NCBI GenBank assembly: GCA_012295275.1
Contig: CM022672.1
Location: 23,932,001 to 23,996,000 of the forward strand
DNA length: 64,000 nt
Direction: 5' to 3'
Source: Chrysomallon squamiferum
Lineage: Eukaryota > Animalia > Mollusca
The notes beneath the pieces are model-generated. The model saw only the letters and a list, made by a program, of their open reading frames with translations, was not told the origin of the DNA and did no database searches. Positions 53,101-64,000 of this stretch are shown here, piece by piece (the first letter of the stretch is position 1; the number at the start of each line of letters is the position of its first letter). The translations under genes and the position numbers were made by a program.

Positions 53101-55187
53101 ACTGATTCTTGACAGCTGCAGTAATCAAATGCTTTTAAACCTTTCACCAAGAATGTTATGAACAAATAAATACAAGATAAAAGTAGATCTTGTTTTCTTC
53201 GGTGAATTTTTGTTGTTTTAACTGTTTCATGTTCATAACAAGGAACCTTAAAATATTAGAAAAGTCTAGCAAATTAAATATCAAGATATTTTAGAGACAA
53301 TTAATGGGGCTTTTGGGTTTTGTTTTTTTAAATTCACAAAAATTTAAATTTAAAAAAAGAAGTAAATACATAATTACAAATAAATAAAAGCTGAAAATTA
53401 TATGGTCAGCAGTGGTTTCATATTAAAAAATTCATTGTCAGAACTCTTCTCTATCACATTGTAATATGTTTTGAGACAGTTTGGGCCAGGAACCGAATAT
53501 CTAAAACTAAATTAGTTTTGTTAAAGATTTCTGAGATTAATATTATAGCTGATTATGATTCAGTCCATCTGATTCCAGATATAATCAACATGTTAATTAA
53601 CATTTCACAATAATATTACACAATAACAGTGTGCAGTCAAAACTAACATAATTCGGAGAAGAAAAATAGATAACAAATGAGTGATTATTTATTGGGTTCA
53701 ACTGAATTATATACAACTGTACGCTCAAGTGGTTTGCAAGCATACATAATATAAACAACATCAGGTTAAATAGTTATACACCTAAATAAATTTCTATGTA
53801 GTAACATAATACGTCATATTATAAGAAAATATTATTATCGAGTCAGTATGTGTAAAATGCTCCACTAACACTTTATATCATATAGTTTATTCGGTTTTAA
53901 AAGCTGAAAGACATTCTGTCTTCTTCTGTTAAAATATATTGTCTATTCACCGAATATTGTCTTTCTTCGTCTTTTTCTTAATTTCATTTAGATGTGAAGA
54001 CCCGTTAAATTATTAACACCCCAAATAACTCTAATCCCAGCAGAAAGCTCCAGAGAAACAACCTATACCACAGATCACTTCACTAAAACAACCAGATATA
54101 CGCAGTTATCGCTAACTCCTAGCACAGAAAACGTTAGTGAAATAGTATATAATTTCCTGGAAAGAACATGGTGGACATTTTTTTTATAGTTTAACAGCCT
54201 TAATCCTACCAAACAACACCTCTAATCTATAGGCAGGAACAGAATTTCAGTTTTGAGCTATTCGAGAATACTCTGTAAAATATGCAACTTTGTAAACGTC
54301 CTGTTACCATCATTAACATCCATTTGCTTTTGTAGCTCTAAACTTGAGACGTGAGGTCATCGACATAATGATTACATCACCGAAAATGGTACGCTACATT
54401 AAATCTGTGATTGGCGAAGTGTAAAAACTTATTATATTGGAAAGTGGATCTCACTGCTTTACTTCAGTTAGAAAAAAAAAAAAAAAAAAAAAGAGAGAGA
54501 AGAAAAATCTTCCATCAGTTTCTGAAATTCTCCTACGTGTCTCTTTATGATTCGATAATCGAAAACCAATTAAACGTATGAAGTAATCCATTTTTTTGAG
54601 TAAAAAGAATTTTTTAAAAACTGTATTCCTGAGTGAGTAAGTGGTTAATGCTATGAAAACATATTTAATGACATGTTATAAATCACTAAGCAAAACTGAT
54701 GTTTATCACAGTTTTGCATTTTATTTTTATTCACGTGTTTTAACTCCGAGATAACGCGAATTGTAGGCCGAATGGGTAGGAACAAAAGAAAAACTAACTG
54801 TGAGTGTAGGACAATAAAAGCATTATTTAACAAACGTAAAGGTACGCTACAAAAATTCTGTTTTCACTCACACTGAGACAAAGGTATATACGTGCTGTTT
54901 TGCAAAACAGCAAACAACATCGATACGCAGGCATGTTGTTTAATTGCTTCGATTACTTTATTTTAGAACATTTTTAATACCAGGTATTTATTCGATAATT
55001 ATTTTCTTTTGTTTCATATTATTATGGACAGAGTAGATCTACAGGTTTTTTCAGAACACTCGACATAATTAAATACAATAACAATGAATTCAAAAATTAA
55101 ATTTCTGAAAATGTTTTACGGTATAAATAATCATGAAACTTTCTGTTTATGATTTACAATAAAAGTAAACAAAGTGAAAAAATTGTA

Positions 55188-55283
<96 letters not shown>

Positions 55284-56365
55284 GACATAGGAGCATATTG
55301 GTTCTAACTCTTTGAATGTAAAATATTTATTTAAATATGTAAAAATAAAGTTATCATGTCTCATCCTAAAGTATTAATTTATTTAAAATACTTCAGGTGC
55401 AGTGGTTGTTCTTGATAAATATACTATTTAAAATAAGAAATAGCCTTTTATTTTCAAACTACCATTTCGCAGTGTTTCATTATTTAAAAACAGCAGTCAT
55501 GTCCACGATGTATAACATTTGCTACTGTTGAAAATACTGAACAAGCATGAAACCTGTAAATCTCAAATCTCAAATTTCAAACCCCAAAAATGCAGACAAC
55601 ATTCTTCTATTATCGCCGCTTATGATTCTGTGGCTTGCTATAGGAAACCAGACAAAAGCTCCGCAGAAATCGAAAATTTCCCTTTAGACATTCATCTCCT
55701 AAGCACATGTCTTGTAAAATCCACGTCAAACATGTTTCTTTCCATCGCAAGTCTTTTGTTGACAAATCCCCGAAGGCGGTACCGCGCTACATCTTTTCTG
55801 CCCAGAATAGTTATCCCTGCAACAGCTTCATTAGCCATCAAGAAGCCCTGTGATTAGAAAAGAATAATTGGGACCCTGGGAAACTATCGCCCTTTTGAAA
55901 AACAAATTTCGTTTTAAGGATCGCCTGTGGACGGTAAGATGCTCATTGCTGACTTGAAGATGTCACGATTGGTGCTGGCAGACTCATGTCATCTACTCAA
56001 AGCATCCAAACTCGGACCGAGCCGCTAATGAAGAGTTATTTTCACTATTAAATATGTTGTAAGGACGTTGTGAAGGTCAGTGTATTTATATGTAACTGAA
56101 AAACAACACAGCATTGTTAGATGTTAATCAAAAAATAACAGTAATAAAATGTATGGAATCTTCAACGACCTCGAGTATCAGTTTTTGATGTAATTTTATG
56201 TCAGACGTTTGAAGAGTCTTATATCTTTAAATGTTGCTGGGTTGTTGTTTTATTTTTTTTATTATTTTTTTTTAATAACTTTTATATGCTGGTTTACGTT
56301 CTGATAACTTAAATAGTTGTATTCAAGCTTCAGAAATCTATAAACAAAGTATCAAATGTTTAACG

Positions 56366-56413
<48 letters not shown>

Positions 56414-56694
56414 AATCAGCCACACATTTCATCCATGAAACATTTTGTTTTTCAAATTAAGTCTTTGAAATGAATTTCTGAGACAAATACGTTTTTTCTT
56501 TTTCTTTTTCATTTTTATAACGATTGCTAATATAATTATATTCTTTTTCCCTCTTTACAATCAATTCTGTAAGCGTGGATGTGCTTTTTACTAGACAAAT
56601 TTTAATAAAATTTTAAGCTTCATATAAAAATATGCTTTATAAGCTGTTCAAAATATTCTATTCTGAATTCTTCCCTGTCTTGTAAATAAAATCG

Positions 56695-56754
<60 letters not shown>

Positions 56755-56848
56755 TTGTTTTGTTTTGTTTTATATTTCATTATTTTATTTATAACAGTTC
56801 AGTTCCATCAAAATTAAATATTTTCTTATATACACTACACATATACAA

Positions 56849-56884
<36 letters not shown>

Positions 56885-57582
56885 CAAATAAATAAATAAA
56901 CATTTCATTACGGTTTTAACTGTTAAAATATGCCATTTAGCCAATCGATCATTTCTTGCCTTTTTGACATTGCTAGTGTTTTTAATGTGAAAAGCTCTTT
57001 GAGTAAAATGTCAGTTTATGTTTATAATCAATATCATATTGTATTGCCATGCGGCGAAACAGCGAAGTGGGTTGGAGATTTCAGGAAATCACTGAGGAAA
57101 TATTTCAGAAATTCCTGTTGATCTTTCCATTATATGTGAATTCTAAAAATAGTATTTACTAATTATCATAGTATTATAATTTTGTGAATAATTCTTGTGT
57201 TTTATAGAAACTTATGTGTGGGTTATATTATGGCAATTTGTTTTATTTATCTTAACATTTATTTTTTTAAATTTATAATATAAATGATTAAATAATTAAA
57301 CATATGAATGCAGAAAGAAAAAAAAAAAGAAAATAAAGATAATTAACAAACATACAAAAAAAAAAAAAAAAAAAAAAAAAAAATTATGGAAGTAACAAAG
57401 AGAAGAATATCAAAGACTGGAACGGGAAATAACCCTGATTGACTGAAAAGAAATAAACAATTAAAGAAACTAATACAGTTACCATCATCAACCTTCTATA
57501 CCTCCTCCTGCGCCTCCTCCTTAACCCGCTCATTATTATCATCATCATCAGCATCAGCAGCATCATAATAATAATAATAATA

Positions 57583-57615
<33 letters not shown>

Positions 57616-57968
57616 TTTTTTTTTTTTTTTTTTTCTTTTTCGGCCATGTTTACTTTTAAACGTACTGATGACCTGGAGATATTTTCTAAGATAATTACTT
57701 TTACAGTACAGTTCAACAAAAAGAATAGTTTGCCATTAACCCTTATTAAATCCTGACATTAAAAAGATGTCATGAAACGAACATCACTGGCCGTGACATT
57801 TTCTAACTGCAACGAGATTCTCACCAACCGGAGGCCATCTTGAAACGAAATTTGTTTTTCAGAAGGGCGGCTGTCTCCGTGGGTTCCAATTATTGTTTTC
57901 TGTCATTGGGCTTCTCCGCTGAAAATAAAGTAACTGTTCTGCGAAAACTATTCTTGGCACTTGACAAG

Positions 57969-58002
<34 letters not shown>

Positions 58003-58353
58003 AATACGATGGAAAAGAAGAGGAAAATGTTTTGTAAAGCTCGAGGTGATTTTCTAAACAAAGGAACTCTGGGAAAATATGATTTTATATAACTTATGTG
58101 GAAATTGATATTCACTGAAACAGAAGCTAATAAGCTTATCTTCAATGAAACATTCGACTTTTTTTTAGCGACGTGTATAATAATTTATTCTGAAATATAC
58201 AAAATCTGTTTGTCACGAAACTTTATTCAGTCTAGTCTGGGTTAATTTCGTTTATAAAAACAATTATTTCATAAGTGAATGGAAGGCGGTATAATGTTTT
58301 TTTTCAAAGAGTCGACACCTCCCTATGCGTACATAGATATATACATACATACA

Positions 58354-58496
<143 letters not shown>

Positions 58497-61410
58497 TTGT
58501 TGATTTTATTATCATTATTGTTTCGTTATTGTTATAAAAAAGTAACAACATCATATAACATACCTCGTTTGGTAAGATGTTTTATTTCAGCTGTAACGAT
58601 AGAGTTAACAAGCTGAATCGAATGTCTAACAGAACTGGCAAGAGGGCGGTAAACAGCAGTCAGTGTCTAGTTGAGATTTGTCCTAATCAACTTTCAGTAT
58701 ACTTTCTCAACCCACTCGATTTTCACTGTCATGCAATGTGGTGGCAGTAGTTGTATCAGAAGTAAAACTTGACTTTGCGCTTTCACTGAGGAAAATAGCA
58801 TGAACAAGGATGTTATCAAAATGGAGCAACAGGTTAAGATCAAACAGAGCTAGTTTTAATGCAAAGTCTAGGGTCCATTTTATATGAAGCTGTAACAGAA
58901 CATAATTACAGAATACAAGTTCAGCGTGTCAGATTTTTATTGTTGTTGTAGTTAATGTTATTACAGCCAGTGCTCTGGTGATTTTGTTGTGCTTATTCAA
59001 ATCTTTGATTAATGTATTATTATTTTTTATTTTTCACAGTAGTAAATATAATTTTGTTGTCATGTGTGTTGTTCTTGTTATTATTTGTATCGTCTTTGTT
59101 ATTGATGTTGTTAATTTTCTTGTTGTTGATGATAATGATATTACTACTATTACTAAACTACTACTGCTACAACTATACTACTACTACTACTACTAATAGT
59201 AATAATAATAATAATAATAACAACAACAACAATAACAATAATAATAATAAGAAGAAGAAGAAGAAGAAGAAATAATGTAACAAGATAAGGAATTTAAAAT
59301 AAAAGACAGTTTTGTTAGTCACATGTTTTTTACGATCAACACTTCACATATTTTTATCTCATTGTTCCTTGGTGATCACATCTGTTTTTCGTAAATTATT
59401 AGTCTCGTTATTTTCAAATTTTCCTCTTTTTTTTTTTTTTTTTTTCAAAAATAACAAACACTAGATGCGATGTCAGATCAACGCCTACTAGCAAAAACTG
59501 TCTTTAAAGTCGGGAAGTCGGCTCAGAAAGAGAAAACAAAACCAATGTCCTCGGGGTTTAATTTATGCCTCCATAAAACGATCGATCCTGATTCTGTTTT
59601 TTCCTTTATCTCTTTCGAAACATCCACGTTGTCGAGGTATTTGTACTGCCAAATGAACTAGAGAGACGCGTGGCCAGTCATCTACAGAACTGTGTACCGA
59701 AGAAGTATGTTCAGTAATTGTATTCTTGTCGTTTACAGTTTATGTAAGAGGCAATCATTTTCAGAGATACAGTTAACTCACTACTTTTCACGAATCCTTA
59801 CAAAGAGTGTTTATAACTGTGAAGGATTTATATTTGTGGAAGTCATAAAAAAAAACCTTCGTTTATTTTTTTTTTTTTTTTTTTCTAATACAGTAATGGA
59901 TAGCATTAAATTTTAAATTTAAAAACGTTTTGAACGACAGTGTATGATTTTTATTTTTTTCTGATGTATTTTGGTTATATTATACGGTTTGTATAAATAA
60001 AGTCAGAATTATACCAATGATATTTAAACACGTCAACGAAAAAAATATTTGATTTTGTGTGTAAATATTCGTTTTATTATTTAAAGAAAAACAAACATCT
60101 GGTTATTTCCAGAAATATTTGAACAGTTTCTGAGAGTAAAACACGTGACTGTGTACGTAAATATTCATTTTATGTTTTGTCCACTTATATAGACAAAGAG
60201 CATCAACGTATATAACCCATGTATTTCACATAATTTGTTACAACGAAATTTCTACGCACAAGGTCATCTTTGTGGGCACTTTTAGATTTATTATTTTTTG
60301 TCCTGTGTCGTGAACAGTTTTGACGAACGTGTATTGATATTCACCGTTTTAGATGGTCGTACTTTGGAAAACGGTGAAGAAAATGTTGAAAATATAATAA
60401 CCAATAAAGAATTTATTATTCTGAAAAAAAAAAAAAAAAAAAAAAAAAAATAAAGAGCCGATAATCGTTGATTACCTGAGCACGCCTAAGGATATAATCG
60501 ACATTTTGTTCATATTCGTGTAATCTTCGAAACAAGCTAGCGTTTTCTAGATAGATGTTAACCTTCATTATTTCCTTACAAACTGAATGATGACAACAAA
60601 TTTTGGCGCATTTTGAGTAACTGCGCAATTATGTGCATTGATGATGATTATTATTATTACCGTTATTATTTTTTTTTATTACTATTGTTGTTGTTTCGCT
60701 GTTGTTGTATTTTTTTGTTGTTGTTGCTCTTCCTATCGTTGCTATTAAAATTCTTATATTTTAAACTTGTTTTGTTGTTGTTCGTTTTTTTTTTCTCTTG
60801 TATTTTTTTCTATTTATTTATTATTATTATTTTTTTTTTTGTTAGATACGGTTATATATTTTTTCAATAAATCTTAATAATCAATTATCAGCCGATTAAT
60901 AAAGTATATATCTTTAACTTTAAATAGAAATTTTTCATTCGGATAATCAATAATATAATGACTTGGCAATGAAGCGAGGTAAAAAATTGGAGCTGATCTA
61001 ATATACGAGTATTGTAATGGTTCTACAGGGAGCAAAAAAACAAACATTACGTTTTGACTAAACTACGTAACTTCTGTCTAGCTATTGACTTTCAAATAAC
61101 TAATATTTATTTTGATAAATAATAATAAACAAGACGATGAAATTGTGAAATCCCCAAAGACCGGTGGTTCTCACGGTTTTACAACGTCTCCATCGACTAC
61201 GGAAATATATCACAGCTACACCTGACTACCAGTGATAGATTAGAAATCAGTTTAATGTCTCATTGAAACAGCTTAAATTGACTTCTAATTACGCTCAGTG
61301 ATGTTTCTTTCGCCACAAAGTTTCTCGTTAATGTCCATAGAGACTACCCAAAATAATACTTACTATCCTTAAGAGATGAGAGACTGTCTTCAGGTACAGT
61401 GAATGTGTGT

Positions 61411-61645
61411 GTGTATGTATGTATGTATGTATGTATGTATGTATGTATGTATGTATGTATGTATGTATGTATGTATGTATGTATGTATGTATGTATGTAT
61501 GTATGTATGTATGTATGTATGTATGTATGTATGTATGTATGTATGTATGTTATGTATGTATATATGTATGTATGCATATATGCATGAATCTATGTATGCT
61601 ATGTATTACGTATGTATGTATGTATGTATGTATGTATGTATGTAT
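61411..61645. repeat. (GTAT)n microsatellite
   Basis: Directly visible; the same motif occupies positions 1-50. Confidence 0.95.
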
Positions 61646-63421
61646 ACTTACCTAAGTACACATATACATACCTAGATATATTTACGTAAAAAGAATCGTT
61701 AAATGTATCAACGGATATTGAACATAATGTTGTGTTATAATAATATGTATTTCGTATGTATGAGTATGTGAACGTGTGCGTTGTTCGATATTTCTACTCA
61801 GTATTAATAATATTGATGTATAGAAAAAGCTGTCAGGTTATTTATTTCCTTTCCAAGTCATATTCAAACCAAAAAGACTTAGGGCAAATGGACGATGGCT
61901 CCTGTGAAATAATTTAGATATTATACTAGTGAAAGCTAAAGGCAAAGAGACGGGTCATTATGGCTTCTGATCGAAAGAGAAATCTAATTGAGGCATTTCA
62001 GTAAAGATTTTAGGTTGTAGATGAGCTGGCTAATGCACTGTTCTTTGCTAATGTGAGCACTAACAGAGTACGTGTTTGTTGTTAGTAACCAGTACTGATA
62101 GGTGTCGTCATATTAGATTTCTTCCCTCTATTTATTTTTATATACATACACGCACACAACATACACACAAACACCTGCGTTACTTCTAACTTACTCTGTT
62201 TTCAGTTTTTCTTTCTTCATCTCTGGCTATTCAAATTATTGTGAACATTCATGGTTGGATGCAAAAATTTCACACATGGGGAATCAGTTTGCAACTGTCA
62301 AATACATTTCTCAATCGTTAACGGCATATTCAATGACGTATTTTTATATAATTTTTTTTTCTGTTTCCTCGTTATAATCTGAGTTACCTGAATAATTGAT
62401 TCCGTTCATTCACCATTACCACCCGCCTCTTGTTTACTTTCTCTTTTTCAGTCATAATCCGTGCGCTGTTCCTTCGGTCCCTCGCTGTGCTATTTTCACG
62501 CTCTCAACATCACGGGATTATGTTTGTCAGCGATGTATAAAATTGTGGCCAGAGGCATCTTATTGAAACAGGACTCAATGGTCCATCTCGTGTAAGTGGC
62601 CAATGGTCCATCATGTGTAATTCAGTGGTGTTAATAAGATCATTCATACTTTGTGCTATACTTAGACGAGATTTATCCTAATAATAAGACAGCAGCATTG
62701 ATAGGAACCTCGGGTTAACAGCAAATCCAGTTAAGCAATGGAAGTGTCGTGTTTTAGCTCGCAAAACAAACATCCTCAGTGTCCAGTGTTCTTCAGTCTT
62801 GTCGCCCGGAGAGACTGCTTTGGCACATTTACGAAATTAATTTTGAAAAGTGTCTTTCTTTTGCTTAATTCCTACAAAACACACACTTAACCTAAGTGGA
62901 TATATAAACCATTAGTGCTGCCATTTCCCCTGATGATATATTATACGTTTTATACTAAGGTCGTTTATTTTTATCACAGTCTGGTCATTCAAGTAATAAC
63001 CAGTATTATAATAAATTTAAATTTTACTATGACTTAGCAGATGCAGTACTATTTATTTCCTAGAATAAAAGCAAAAAATATTAAAATCATGATATACGTG
63101 TATGTCTGCTTTATTTCTCTACTGAATATGAAAAGGCAAGGTAGGAAGCAAAGGTTTTTATTAACGTCTGTCTCAAATTAATAAGAAACCAAAACCATTG
63201 GTTCTCTATAGTGGGGTTAATTGGTTGTTGTTCGTCTTCTTCTTCTTCTTGTTTTTATTTGGGTCTTTTTCCTTTGCTGCAAGCTAAGTTTTACATGCAC
63301 CTTCTGGAAAGCACATACTACAAATTTGGATATCATGTTTGCTAAAGCGGATATTTTCTCAATGAAAACGGGTATTTAGCTATAATAGTTAGTTATGAAA
63401 TTAGGTCTGAGTAAGCAAGCT

Positions 63422-63517
<96 letters not shown>

Positions 63518-64000
63518 ATATCTTTAAACATCCCTTTAACAGAAGAGATTGCAAGCAGATTACAAGTTTAAAAATGAATCAACATGTTATATCAATATTT
63601 ATTTTCCTATAATCCTCTACTCAACCACTACAGTTCATTTGCCGGCTTAAGCTGCTGTTTTCGCTCGTATGGATTTGCTCTGATTTCACCGCTAATTCCA
63701 AACTGGAATTCATTGCGAGCTGAATTCTCTAGCTGACAGTTATCAGTTTAGATCTGTTCTTAATTCTTCATCGCCTTCAGGTTTAGGTTAAGCAAGGAAT
63801 TAAATATTAATATTCCCGATTTTTTAAATTATGCATATATGTGTGCGCGCGTACATATGAATGTAGGAATATACATGTGAATGCTTGCATGGGTGTGTGT
63901 GTGGGGTGTATGTGTGTGTGTGTGTGTGTGTTTATCTGGGATATTTCAAACAAAATTTTAAAAATGCTTGTGGCATCCTACATATTAAAATTTAAAGAAA

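Noticed and set aside
55519-55857. 112-aa ORF in a GC-richer downstream block (similar case at 47111-47410)
   Set aside because: Non-ATG start, no domain motif and no clear splice sites; more likely non-coding sequence.

Overview
AT-rich, microsatellite-dense animal genomic DNA; the repeat remnants and gene content suggest a mollusc, probably a gastropod (inference). I can support one protein-coding gene: a + strand synaptotagmin with five coding exons (10556-11006, 21766-21977, 29170-29598, 33532-33655, 39270-39568). All four introns are GT-AG with matching phases, giving a 1515-nt CDS and a protein of about 504 aa (N-terminal TM helix, long linker, C2A, C2B). It most resembles invertebrate Synaptotagmin-alpha, and its Ca2+-binding residues are degenerate. 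Exon 4 is absent from the ORF track. The rest of the window is introns, a probable ~4.8-kb 3'UTR, and ~20 kb of CpG-richer downstream sequence without a convincing CDS. Noteworthy: CAGCAG tandem acceptors on both sides of the C2A exon, a near-perfect 37-bp intronic hairpin, a TA-flanked MITE, SINE-like remnants, several minisatellites, a CTCF-like site in a CpG-retaining patch, and a CpG depletion boundary near the gene's 3' end. I saw no CRISPR array, rRNA or tRNA, and no clearly novel multi-gene system. The other listed ORFs appear to be microsatellite or AT-rich artefacts.
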